This document shows positions 33,083-45,984 of a stretch of DNA of 64,000 nucleotides, in pieces. The notes below the pieces were generated by a model, which saw only the letters and a program-made list of their open reading frames with translations, was not told where the DNA came from and did not search any database. Origin of the DNA: an uncultured Methanoregulaceae archaeon (lineage in GTDB: Archaea > Halobacteriota > Methanomicrobia > Methanomicrobiales > Methanospirillaceae). Positions within the stretch are counted from its first letter, which is position 1. The number at the start of each line of letters is the position of its first letter. The position numbers were made by a program, and so were the translations under genes. The stretch spans positions 1,856,001 through 1,920,000 of the forward strand of contig OY970343.1 of assembly GCA_963717525.1 (NCBI GenBank), read 5' to 3'.

Positions 33083-36000
33083 TCACATAAAATCCGCGAG
33101 GCCCAGCTGCTCGTGCTTCTCCTCGCCAAACGTCGACTCGATGGCAAGGTCGAGCACCTCGACCCGCTGCCGGGTATATTCTGACACCCTGTACTTTTTC
33201 ACCATCGCGCGGGAAACTTCGAGGTACTTCTTGACTGACCCTTCATGCACGGTCGGAATAATATTTCCGTTGCAGATTCCCTTACCCTTGAACTTCGTGC
33301 ACTTGCCGGCAAGCGGCATCCTGCGGTAACTGGCATTGCACTTGGTGCACCGGAACTTCTGCTTGGAGAACGCAGTGAGATTTCCCATCAGGTCGCGGAT
33401 GAAATGCGTGTTGAGGACACGCTCTGCCACATCATCGGCATCGACCGCCCGGATCTTCTCGGCCAGATCGAGCTCTGCCTCAAGTTTCTCGCTCATGGTC
33501 TTGAGCTGGGTGTAGGTGGACTCGAGAGGCCCTGCCGATATGTCCGAGGTATCGTGCGTGAAGAAAAAGCCTTCGAGCTGCTGCGGGGTCCCCAGCCTCC
33601 GTTCGACCCGGTCAATAAGCGGCTCGACATCCTTTGCCTTGGCATACACAAGGCCGGCCTCGTAAAGCTCGCGCGGGTAACCGCGCCCGACATCAACGTT
33701 GAGAGACTCCTTATCGATCTCCGCCGGGTCGATGCGGCTCGTGAGCACCAACGGCGCATCCATCGTGCCACCCCGGTTCTGGGGCAAAAATGAGCGGGAG
33801 AAATTCAGGAGGCCGTCCATGAGGAGCATGATGCAGTCCTCGTCGCCATCACACTGGCCGGTGAAGATGCCGTTTGCGACAAGCGTATGATCGTCTGCCA
33901 CGGTCATGCAGTACACCCGGTCTTCAAGGGAGGTGACCGTCTCGACTGCCGCGATCCGGTCGGCAATCACCGCCCCGCCCTCGTATATTGGCACAGCATC
34001 CCCGGCCTTGATCTCCAGCGCCTTGAGCTTCCGTAAGTACACGGTATCCCAGACCAGCATTGCGTGGTCGGGTGTGACCGTCAGCTGCCTTTTCCGTGAG
34101 GTAGTAAACCGGATCAGGTGTACCGGCGCCTGGTGGATGGAGACCGAGGTGATCCTGCGCAGGTGCACCCCGCCGGTTGTGTCGACAGTCCTCGTGAAGT
34201 ACGGGCGGACCGGATCAGAATAATACGTGCCCAGCCGGTCGAGCCCGGGCTTGCTGACATCGAAGTTCTCCAGCACGAACTTCCGTATGGGGTGGTGTGC
34301 CCATGTTTTTCCATCATAAACTTCGATTTCGGTGTCGCCGTAGAAGCAGTTCCGGCGCTTGGCCGCATGGAAAAAGGGGTGGGCATACCCGACATTTGCC
34401 CGGGTAAACCCGATGATCCGGGCCAGAACGCCGGCGCTCGTATGGGGGGCAAGGCCGATAACGAGGTGGCCGACCAGGTCGTCACGGGTCTGTATGTTGT
34501 AGAAAGCAGGAAGGCCGTAGAGCCGGGTCAACTCGTCATCGATGAACCGGGCGACCTTGATCATGTAGTCCGCACACGAGTCGGAGACAAGGAGATCCTG
34601 CGGACGCAGCTCAACGACCTGCTGCCCGTTCTGGAGATCGTAGCCGTCGATGTCTTTGACATACCCAAGTTCGCGCATCCGTTCGACCGGCACCCTCACC
34701 TCGTCCGCCCGGATATGCGTTAGCGGAAGGTCGATCATGTCGAACCGGGTCGTGCCGTCCTTAAAGACGTAGATGTCCTGCTGGGCGCGGAGAATGCCCT
34801 TTTCCATCGCCTCGACCGTCTTTTCCCGGGAGATGACACCCTTGACACCTTTGACGAGCGCGATGCTCTCTTTTTTTATCCCGAGGCGCTCCATCGCCTG
34901 CGCGTATTCCGCTTTTACGTTTAAGGCGATCCTCTGGCTGCAGGTGGCCGGGACGTCACAGTTCGGGCAGCGTTCGGTCGCCACCTCGTGCCCGCACTTG
35001 GGGCAGGTGTTGACAGATGTTGTGTGCGTCCCGCACTTCTGGCACCGGTTCAGGAAGGTGATCTCGCCACAGCCGGGACACCGCCGGCGCCCGACCTCGA
35101 TCTCGATAATTCCCCCTTCCTGCTGGAAGTCTATCTCGGTCGCACGGGCGTCCGATTCCTCAGTGTGGTTCGACGCTTCCTGGAACGACCGCCGGGCGCC
35201 CCCGGACTCCCCAAGCGGAAAGAGCCCATGCGGCGGCGGGCTCATCTTGCGCGGCTTGGACTTACCGGGCCGGCCCATCCTCCCGCCGATCCGAAGACCC
35301 GACCGGGACCGGAGGGAGAGACCGCTCAGGTGCATGACGAGGTCGAGCGGCAGGGCTCCTGCCGGTGCCGTGTTCCAGGTGTCGCGTTTTTTCAGGTGCT
35401 CGTCAAGGCCGAGGCAGGCGACAACCGCCCGGAAGGTCCGGATCCGTATCATTCCCCCGCTCACCTTGTGGGGAATGAGCAGGGTTTCAAGCGGCTCTTT
35501 TACTTTTGCATCGAGAGGGATTACCAGCGCACCATCTTCGATCGCGCCGGTGCCGGAAACGATATCGGCAAGAAGCCGTATCTGGTCGGTGGAGATATCG
35601 TCCCAGAACCAGGTATACGCCGGGTACAAGTATCCGCCTGTCCCTGCAAGCGCGAGCGCCTCTGCTTCATCCTGCGGCGGTTTTGTCCCCGGCGCCTGGT
35701 CAAGCAGCCACCACTCCTCGCAGTAGCCTGCCGGCACCAGCGGGTGGTTGTTCTCCAGGAAGTCCCCGTACGCGATCAGGATCTCGCCGACATCGAGGAT
35801 TCTTTCAACCTTGTTTACCAGGGTCAGTGCGGTCTTCTCATCGTCAACCCTGATAACTTCGCCACCGGTGAGGCGCACAGTTGGTCCCTCGATGGTATCG
35901 ACAGGGACGACACCGCAGGCTTTGCCTGGCCGTTCGAGTTTCATCTGGGTGCCAACTGCCAAAAACCCTCCCAGCAGGTGAAGTGTTGCCGGGTTGAACC

Positions 36001-37001
36001 CGGCCGCCGCAAAGCCGGTGTTCCTCGAACGGCCGTATCGGAGCCGGAAGCCCCCCTTCCTCATCGGGTACGAAAAGACCGGCCTTCCCCCGATGAGATC
36101 CCGGAGGTACTTATCCAGCGGCTTGACGCCCGGAGTATGCTCCTCGTCCCCCGTTTTTGCCGCGCCGGCGATGAGCTTGTCCAGCCAATCCCAGCCGGCC
36201 ATGTTCATCTTCTCGACCTTGCTCTTGAGCTTGCGGGATTTTCCTGCAATCCCTTCCGCGAGAACGAGGGCCATCCCGCCCCTCACGGAGTTTGTCTCGA
36301 CACGCTCAAGGTTCCGGTGCCCCGAGACCTCCTCCTTCTCCGTCGCCTCGCCATCGATGCAGACCGGGCAGTTCTCCACGATCAGCCGGATCTCGGCTTC
36401 GCTGGGGAGGTACTGGAGGTTCATGATCGAGTTGTACTGCCGGATCTCCTCGATGTACCGCTCGACCTCGACCGGGCGGGGGCGGTAGCGCCCGATCCCC
36501 AGTTTTTCCCGGACATAGTCACCGACAAGCACCGAGAGCGCCTGCGCCGTCCCGCCGGCGCTCCGGATCGGCCCGGCATAATAGATCTTCAGGGTACAGG
36601 CTGCCGTCGTCGTTCTTGCCGGTCCCGACTTTTGCGATCCCTTCGGTCGGTGCCGAGACCACGCCTTCGGTTAAAAGAGCCATCGCGGTGCGTATGGCAT
36701 GGTCGAGGATTTCGTCATTGTTTTTTTCCCCGAAGCGCCGCGCAATAAAATCGTCGCCGATCCGGAGTGCCGCCTCTTCCCGGGACATCTGTGATTCGAG
36801 TTCCCGGATCCGTTCAGCCACCCCTTTGATCCCAAGCAGCGCCTCGACCCGGTCCGCGAGATCGCTTGCAATAGGGATCTCGACATCCATGCTCGGGTCA
36901 AGGCCCCGCAAACGCGCCTCCCTGGCGAGTGCAATTGCCCGGGTCAGCCCATCCATCAGGGAGTTCCCGTACTGCTCCATCTCAGGGGAGAGTTTCAGCA
37001 T
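33083..37001 (-). CDS. polC: DNA polymerase D large subunit DP2 (intein-containing; frameshift ~36593)
   Basis: [52 protein letters not shown] and a C-terminal Zn finger. Confidence 0.96.
33854..34348 (-). mobile_element. Mini-intein (165 aa) in PolD DP2, Gln C-terminus
   Basis: [10 protein letters not shown]...VTPDH (block B)...VYCMTV...[13 protein letters not shown]; no endonuclease domain. Confidence 0.92.
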
Positions 37002-37082
37002 CGTGGTACAATCCGGTGGCTTGAAATTTATACTGTGGGATCCGGTGTCCGGCGGTTAAAAAGAGGGGCGTTGGGATGAGGA

Positions 37083-37640
37083 TTAGACCTTTTTTTCGTC
37101 CCGGATCTGTTCGACCATGGATGGCAGGCCGGTCTCGCCCATCTGCCAGAGCGTGAGTGTGGCACATGACCGGAGGATTTCATTGGCATCGGAAAGCCGC
37201 CGGGTGAGCGGGTCCACTGCGGGTTTGCCGATCCGGCAGAGCGCCCGGGAGAGAACGCCCCGCAGTTCCTTATCGTCACTTGCCATTGCCGTAATAAGAG
37301 GTTCGACTGCCGGTTCTCCCATCTCACCGAGCGCCGCCGCTGCATAGCGCCGGAACTCGTGGTCGGTATTCTTTTCCATCGCCGCAATGAGCGGGTCGAT
37401 CGCCGGCACCCCTGTCTTTGCAAGGGCGATAGCGCGGTACCAGCGGCGGTCGTTGTCGCTGGCATCGGCGAGGGCGCGGATCAGGGGTTCAACTGCCGCC
37501 GCTCCCATACCCGCCAGAACGAGGATGGCGTGGTGGCGGTTGTCGATGGAGGGATCGTCGAGCTCGCGGATCAGGATGGGAATGGTATCGTTGCCATTAT
37601 TGGGGTCATCGGGGGTCATGGGAACACCGGTATATTTCAT
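37083..37640 (-). CDS. HEAT/PBS-lyase repeat protein
   Basis: Repeated AAxALG.MG.PAVEPLI.A units; start uncertain (could extend to 37709). Confidence 0.8.
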   Translation of the reverse strand: MKYTGVPMTPDDPNNGNDTIPILIRELDDPSIDNRHHAILVLAGMGAAAVEPLIRALADASDNDRRWYRAIALAKTGVPAIDPLIAAMEKNTDHEFRRYAAAALGEMGEPAVEPLITAMASDDKELRGVLSRALCRIGKPAVDPLTRRLSDANEILRSCATLTLWQMGETGLPSMVEQIRDEKKV

Positions 37641-37701
37641 AGTTGCATGCCACAGCTCATCTGTGTTGTTGCCGGGCGGCCGTGCGCACGTTTTGATCTC
37701 G

Positions 37702-38820
37702 TCAGGCAAGCCCGAGGAAAGCGGGGATGAAGAGGATGCAGAAAAACACTGCCATCAGGAGAAGGCCGAGAGGAATGCCCAGCCGCGCCCATTCCCGGCT
37801 CGAAATCCCGGTCTTTCCTGCCGCGATGATGTTGGGGATGTTTCCCGGGATGAGCATGCCCCCCGAGATGAGGAGTGCAAGCAGGGCGCTGGTGATCTGG
37901 TTTAAGGAGAGCGCCGGGCTGATCTCGGCAGCCGCAAGGGTCGCGTTATCGAGTACAGCGGAGACCATGTTGGCCCAGTAGAGGGCTTCGGGCGGGATAA
38001 GGACCACGTAGCCAAGGATCAGGGGCTTGAACCCCTCCCCGAGGAAGATGAGGGCCATGATAAAGAGGTAGACCTTGCCGGCCCGGATAACGATATAGCG
38101 CACCGTTTCGCGCTCGACTGTGCATTTCAGGCTGGTCTCATCGGTCTTACGCTTTTTAAGCACGAAAAGGCCAAGGATCCCGAGGATGATGACCGCGGGA
38201 ACGATATAGATCGCGAGCTTGTCGAAGAGAAAGAGGAACCCGGCATGGTATGGCTCGCCCCCGAGTTTGGAAATGACGATGGTGGTGAGCGGTTCGCCCA
38301 GCGGGGTAAGGCCGGCGCCAAGGCCGATGGAGAAGCAGGCAATGATCGTGATCTCGATCTTCGCTTCTTTTACCAGAGGAAGAGCGTTGACAATCTCCAC
38401 GAGAATGATCGCGGCAAGGATCGCGGATATGATGCTGGAGATGAGTCCAAGGACGATGATCAGGAGCGGCACGATCAGCGTGAGGGAGAACAATTCGACC
38501 GCGGTGTTGATCGCCCGCTCCAGCCGGTGGTGGAAGCAGTAGATGAGTAGGCCCACGATAAGGACGATCTGCACGATCCCGATCGGGATCCCCCAGACCG
38601 ATGCGATATTCAAAGGGCTGGTGAGGGCTTCTATGACAATCGCCGCGCTCCAGCCCGTCTGTTCACCGGAAAGAGTCGCAAAACCGGAGATGGTGAGCGC
38701 AAGGATCCCGCAGCAGAAGAGGAAAAGTTCAAGGTTCTCTTCGATCTTCTTTGCTGAGAACGGGAGAATCAGGACGGCACAGAAGATGACAAAAAGGCCG
38801 AGTGTCACTACAACATCCAT
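37702..38820 (-). CDS. DUF1646-family membrane transporter (ion-transporter superfamily-like)
   Basis: About 10 TM helices; GLGAGLTPLGEP, SAVLDNATLAAAEI and GGMLIPGNIPNII. Confidence 0.8.
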   Translation of the reverse strand: MDVVVTLGLFVIFCAVLILPFSAKKIEENLELFLFCCGILALTISGFATLSGEQTGWSAAIVIEALTSPLNIASVWGIPIGIVQIVLIVGLLIYCFHHRLERAINTAVELFSLTLIVPLLIIVLGLISSIISAILAAIILVEIVNALPLVKEAKIEITIIACFSIGLGAGLTPLGEPLTTIVISKLGGEPYHAGFLFLFDKLAIYIVPAVIILGILGLFVLKKRKTDETSLKCTVERETVRYIVIRAGKVYLFIMALIFLGEGFKPLILGYVVLIPPEALYWANMVSAVLDNATLAAAEISPALSLNQITSALLALLISGGMLIPGNIPNIIAAGKTGISSREWARLGIPLGLLLMAVFFCILFIPAFLGLA

Positions 38821-38997
38821 GCCATCTCACCCCAAGCACGTACGGTACCCTGCCGAACGTTTGTACAGACAGTGTCTGCCCGGCGGGGGATAAGATCTTC
38901 CTTTCCGGGCACCCGCCTCACTGCCCCAATAGAAAGTATTTATCCAACCTCTGTGGTATACTGCAAGTGATCATCTCTTCCGGAGGCGGTTTTGGCG

Positions 38998-39195
38998 ATG
39001 GCACAGGATCTCGAACAGACCATCAGTGCGCTGCAGACTACGGCGATCGGGAATTGCAGGAAACGCATAGAGGAGGCTGCGCACAAGCCAAAAAAGATCC
39101 CCGGTGGCGATCCGGCGGATTCTGGCGCACCGTGCCGCGACAAAAAGCCCGCGCACGGGGTGACTTCGGTCCTCAGGGACAAATACGGGCTCTGA
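38998..39195 (+). CDS. Small hypothetical protein leading the ATPase H-I operon
   Basis: GGAGG upstream; stop lies 12 bp before the next gene, which has its own GGAGG. Confidence 0.5.
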   Translation: MAQDLEQTISALQTTAIGNCRKRIEEAAHKPKKIPGGDPADSGAPCRDKKPAHGVTSVLRDKYGL

Positions 39196-39207
39196 CGGGA
39201 GGTCGGC

Positions 39208-39528
39208 ATGGACACGGAAAAAACGCTGCTGCAGCAGATACGGGACAAGGAACAGGAGTTTGCACACAAGATCGACACGGCAAAAAAAGAGGCAGACGTC
39301 GTGGTAACGGCTGCAAAGACCGAGGCCGAGGAACTGCTCTGCACAGCGGACGCAGAGGGAAAGAAGAGTGCCGAACTGGTCTACTGGAATGTGCGGGGGA
39401 AGACCGCTGTTGATATTGAGGCACTCACAAAAGCTGCCGAATCAGACCGCACGGCCGTATCAGAACGGGGGGAGAGAAACATCCCTGCGGCCGCGGAAAG
39501 GATCGTCAGGTACGTGACCATGGAATAA
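39208..39528 (+). CDS. atpH: A/V-type ATP synthase subunit H/G (peripheral stalk)
   Basis: Charged coiled coil (LQQIRDKEQE...AKKEAD...AKTEAEE) directly before subunit I. Confidence 0.75.
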   Translation: MDTEKTLLQQIRDKEQEFAHKIDTAKKEADVVVTAAKTEAEELLCTADAEGKKSAELVYWNVRGKTAVDIEALTKAAESDRTAVSERGERNIPAAAERIVRYVTME

Positions 39529-39555
39529 AGCCGGGTTCACCCGGCGGAGGGTCGT

Positions 39556-41471
39556 ATGCTCCAGGCAATGAAACGCATCCAGGTGATTGGGCCAAAAGCG
39601 GAGTTGGGGCATGCAGTCGACCTCCTGTACGAGGCAGGGACCCTTCACATCGAGAATGCACCGGAACTCATTGCAAAAGACGAGATCAGCCTTGCCGGGT
39701 CCGGCAGGAGGAGGCTGAGGAGATTGCCGGGGTCCTTGGCACGATCAGCGCGATCTTTTCCACGCTGCCCGCGCTTGCCGACGACCCCGGCACCCAGTCC
39801 GGGATCCGGGCCGAGCTGGAGAAAAAGACCCATGCAGAGCTGGTCGCCCGGGCCCGTGCGATCATCAGCACCCTTGAGACAACAACCCGGGAACTGGCGG
39901 CAAAGAAGACTGAACTCACCCTGTCGATCACAACGTTAAACCGGTACGAGAAGGTCCTCGATATCATCCACCCTTTGGAGAAGGAACTGCCGACACTCGA
40001 AGGGTTCGAGGTGACGATCCTCCTTATCCAGGAGGAGCACCGGGAAGTCCTTGAGCTGATAAAAAAGGAACTCGACACCATCACCGGCAACCGGTTCGAA
40101 ATGATCGCGACCACGGTCGATGCCGATACCCTTGCCGCCATCATGGTCTTCCCGAAAAAATACTCCGAGGAGATCCACGCGTTTATCTATTCCGTAAACG
40201 TGAACGAGGTGAGGCTCCCCAAAGAGTACACCGGCAGGCCCTTTTATGAGATGTATGCCCTGATCGAGGAGGAGCGGCTCCATACGCAGGAGGAGATCGC
40301 CCGCATCGATGCTGAGCTCCTCGCCCTCGCAAATTCCTGGTACCAGGAACTGGTTGTCTTAAAAAACCGGCTCAGCCTGATCCACGCCGAGGTCAACATG
40401 TACCGGAACTTCGGGGTGTCGGAATACATGTTCGTGATCATGGGCTGGATCCCGAAAAAATACCTGGGCAGGACCCGGATGATGATACACGACCGGTTCT
40501 CCGACAGGGTGATCGTCCACGAAATCCCGGTAACGGAAAAAGATATGGAGAACGCCCCTGTCTACTATAACAATCCCCCGTGGGTAAAACCTTTCGAACT
40601 CATCATGCAGCTCGTCGCACCGCCGCGGTACTTTGAGGTCGATCCCACGCCGATTCTTGCCATCTTCTTCCCGCTTTTCTTCGGGCTCATGGTAGGGGAT
40701 ATCGGGTACGGCCTGGTCATCCTCGCGTTTGCACTTGTGATCCGGCACCGGTTCCAGGCAATCGGATTTGCAAAGAACCTTGCCAATATCCTGATCATAT
40801 CGTCGATCCCGGCTATCATTTTCGGCTACCTTTTCGGCGAGTTTTTCGGGGACCTGGGGGAGACTCTCGGCTGGATTCACCCGGTGCAGGTGCTCGGCAT
40901 CACTTGGAACCGCGTGGACGCAATGATCCCCATGCTCATACTAGCGATAACCATCGGGGTCATCCATGTCTTCCTCGGACTGTTCATCGGCATCCGGAAC
41001 GCGATCATCACGAAGAAACGCAAGCATCTCTACGAGAAGACCGGCATGCTGCTGGTGATCACCGCGATCATCGTCCTTGTCGCCATGCTCGCCAAGGTTG
41101 TGCCGGCGTTTTCCGTCTACCCGGCGGTCGTCCTCATCGTTATCGGTCTTCCCCTCATCCTTATGGGAGCAGGGGTATTCGGCACCATCGAGGTGATGAG
41201 CACGGTCGGAAACATCCTCTCGTATTCCCGTCTCATGGCGATCGGTATGGCTTCGGTGATCCTCGCCATGGTAGCAAACCGGCTCAGCGGTGCATTCGCG
41301 TTTGCCATCATTGGGATTATCGTCGCTCTCCTGCTGCACGCGCTCAATGTCGCGCTTGCCATGTTCTCCCCTTCGATCCACGCGGTGCGTCTCCACCTTG
41401 TCGAGTTCTTCTCGAAGTTCTACGAAGGGGGAGGGATGCCGTACAAGCCGTTTAAGAGGGAAGTGCCGTAA
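39556..41471 (+). CDS. atpI: A/V-type ATP synthase subunit I (a) (frameshift ~39700)
   Basis: EVDPTP, FFGLMVGDIGYG, LSYSRLMAI (essential Arg) and RLHLVEFFSKFY. Confidence 0.93.
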
Positions 41472-41515
41472 GCGGGTTCACGTGGCCTGCAGGCAGGGCA
41501 TTCACGGTACGTCCC

Positions 41516-41830
41516 GGGGGTCGTACCTGATCCGGGTATGACCCCCAACTTTTACGATATCGGAACCGTCAGCCGTGAACATGTGCGACCCACCCTCCAT
41601 CAATTTTTGAAAATGCAAAATCCCGGTGGGGGGGTCATACCATGTTCGGATCCGACCCCCCCCCACTTTGTGAGGAACCAGAGCCAAAAACCCGCGAGGA
41701 TGACCCCTGCAAAGGTTCGTACAGAAAAATCTGTTACCTCCCTTTGGGCAACCCTGCCCCAAGGGGGCCAGCGCAATGGGAGCCACATCGGGGAGGAGGG
41801 GGGTTACTTAACCGGTCCAACCCCCATCAA
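41516..41830. repeat. Palindromic element cluster between convergent atpI and atpD
   Basis: GGGGGTCGTACC...GGTATGACCCCC; GTGGGGGGGTC...GACCCCCCCCCAC; GCCCC-AAG-GGGGC. Confidence 0.55.
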
Positions 41831-41838
41831 ATAAGAGA

Positions 41839-42499
41839 TCACTTCCCTATCTTCTTCATTCTTGCCTTGCGCTTCTTCCTCTCGATGATGCTTTTGACCT
41901 TCTTGAGCCGGAACAGGTCCTCACGTTCCCGCTCCTCGATTGCATTCTCGATGTACTTCGCCTGGCCCTGTAATTCCGGGATAAGGATCTGCTCGAGTGC
42001 ATTCACCCGCCGGCGGTTCATCTGAATCTCGGTCCCAAGCCGCCGCATCGCCGTCTCGATCTCGGCAAGCTTGATGAGGAGATCCAGCTCCAGCTCGTAC
42101 CGCTCGGCAGTCTCATCGATCCGGGCGCTCGTCGTGATGATGCCGTAGCCCCGCTCCAGCATGGTCTTGGAGACGCGTTTCTTCTCGATCACCGGGACAG
42201 GAACGCCCATGATGTTCTTCCCGCTGATATCGATCGTGATCGACCGCCTAGAGGCAAACGACGCGGACCGGAGCGTGACCGGGTCGTCAACAGCCTCCGC
42301 GATCATCAGGGCAAGGTCGAGCTGCCTGCGAGACCTGTTCCAGCTCGTCGCGGGACTCGGATACGGAGCTTAAGATCTTGAAAAACTCCTGGATCAGGGC
42401 ATCCATCTTCTGCCGCAACAGGTCCCGGCCCTGCTCCGCAAGCCGGATCTGGGCCTTGAGCCTCATCAGCTCCATCCGGGTCGGCCGGACCTGCTCCAT
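41839..42499 (-). CDS. atpD: A/V-type ATP synthase subunit D (frameshift ~42310)
   Basis: PTRMELMRLK..GRDLLRQKMDALI; NIMGVPVP; RRRVNALE; EEREREDLFRLK. Confidence 0.92.
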
Positions 42500-42507
42500 A
42501 CGGTGTC

Positions 42508-43921
42508 TCAGCTCCCCTTGGACGACCCTGTCGCTTCCTGTGCGGCCGGGTGGTATTTCTGGATGTGCTCCTTTTTGATCCTTTTGAGTTCGTCCTCCGG
42601 AAGCGTGCTGAAGAGATCCCACGCGATCGAGAGTGTCTTTTCTATCGGCCGGTCTTCGTCACCCTGCGTGATGAACTGACGCTCGAACGCTTCCGCGAAC
42701 TTCAGGTATTTCCGGTCAAGATCCGTCAGCGCCTCTTCCCCCACAATGGCCACAAGCCGGCGCAGGTCACGCCCGTACGCGTAAGACGCGTACAGCTGGT
42801 CTGCCACGCCGCGGTGGTCCTCCCGGGTCTTGCCGGGGCCGATACCGAGGTTCATGAGCCGGGAGAGGCAGGGGAGGGCATCGACCGGCGGATCGCCACC
42901 GCGCCGGAAGATGTCCCGCGAAAGGACGATCTGCCCTTCGGTGATGTACCCGGTCAGGTCGGGCACCGGGTGCGTGATGTCATCGTCCGGCATGGTCAGG
43001 ATCGGGATCTGGGTGATCGAACCATGCCTTCCTTTCAACCGGCCGGCCCGCTCGTAGATCGAGGCAAGGTCGGTATACATGTACCCCGGGTACCGCGCCG
43101 GCCGGGCACTTCCTCGCGGGCAGTCGAGATCTCGCGCAACGCCTCGCAGTAGTTGATCATGTCGGTAAGGATCACAAGGACATGGAGGTTATGGGTGAAC
43201 GCCAGATACTCCGCGACCGTGAGGCCGCACCGGGGGGCCGCCAAGCGCTCGACCGTAGGGTCATCGGCAAGGTTCATGAAAAAGACCACGCGGTCGAGCG
43301 CCCCTGTCCGCTCGAAATCCTGCGTGAAAAACGAAGCCTCTTTGTGGGTGATCCCCATCGCCACGAAAACGACGGCAAACTGCTCGTTCTCACCCAGGAC
43401 CTTTGCCTGCCGGGCAATCTGGGCGGCAAGCTTGCTTGCCGGGAGGCCCGCCCCGGAAAAGATCGGCAGCTTCTGCCCGCGCACCAGCGTGTTGAGGCCG
43501 TCGATGGCCGACATGCCGGTCTGGATGAAGTCGGCCGGCTTGTCCCGTGCGGACGGGTTGATCGGCATCCCGGCGATATCGAGCACGGCCTCGGGGATGA
43601 TATCAGGACCGCCGTCGCGGGCTGTTCCCACGCCGGAAAAGACCCGGCCCAGCATGTCTTTTGACACTGCGATCCGTGCAGGCTCACCGGTGAACCGTAC
43701 CGTGGTGCCGACAAGATCGATCCCCCTCGTGCCTTCATAGACCTGGATGACCGCATGGTCTTCCGAGATATCGAGCACCTGCCCGTTCCTCACCTCGCCG
43801 TCCTGGAGCGTGATCTTCACGATCTCGCCGAAAGATGCCCCTCTTGCCCCGGTAACAAAGATCAGTGGGCCGGAGACGTACCCGATCGTGCGGTATTCCT
43901 TTGTCAGCAGTGGTGCCTCTT

Positions 43922-43925
<4 letters not shown>
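42508..43925 (-). CDS. atpB: A/V-type ATP synthase subunit B (frameshift ~43095)
   Basis: [36 protein letters not shown] and [11 protein letters not shown]. Confidence 0.95.
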
Positions 43926-45659
<1,734 letters not shown>

Positions 45660-45663
45660 ACCA

Positions 45664-45984
45664 TCATCTCTTCAGCACGATATTGTACCCGATCGCCTTG
45701 CGGAGCAGCCGTTCGATATAGGTGCGCCGGTCCACTTCCTTTTTCCTCGCCGGGATAGGGATGATGAGCGGACGGTGCATCTTCTCGATCCGGTCCATGA
45801 GTTTCTCATCAAGCGAGAGCATGTACTCCTCATTCACCGCAACGATCCCGATGTCATCCTTGTGGAGGAGGGGGGGGATGACGGCCTTCGCCTCTTCTGT
45901 GTCCCGTACCTCGAACACCTCGACCCCGGCAAGCCGGAAGCCTGAGGCCCGGTCGCTGTCTGTCACGATCACAAACTTATACAT
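45664..45984 (-). CDS. atpF: A/V-type ATP synthase subunit F
   Basis: GFRLAGV...DIGIV...LLRKAIG. Confidence 0.92.
   Translation of the reverse strand: MYKFVIVTDSDRASGFRLAGVEVFEVRDTEEAKAVIPPLLHKDDIGIVAVNEEYMLSLDEKLMDRIEKMHRPLIIPIPARKKEVDRRTYIERLLRKAIGYNIVLKR

Noticed and set aside
34988..36748. 586-aa plus-strand ORF, and similar long ORFs at 43865-45412, 46268-47608, 58645-60144 and 23717-24799
   Set aside because: Antisense shadows of well-supported genes (polC, atpA, atpC/E, ruvAB, hisG) in GC-rich DNA; no motifs.
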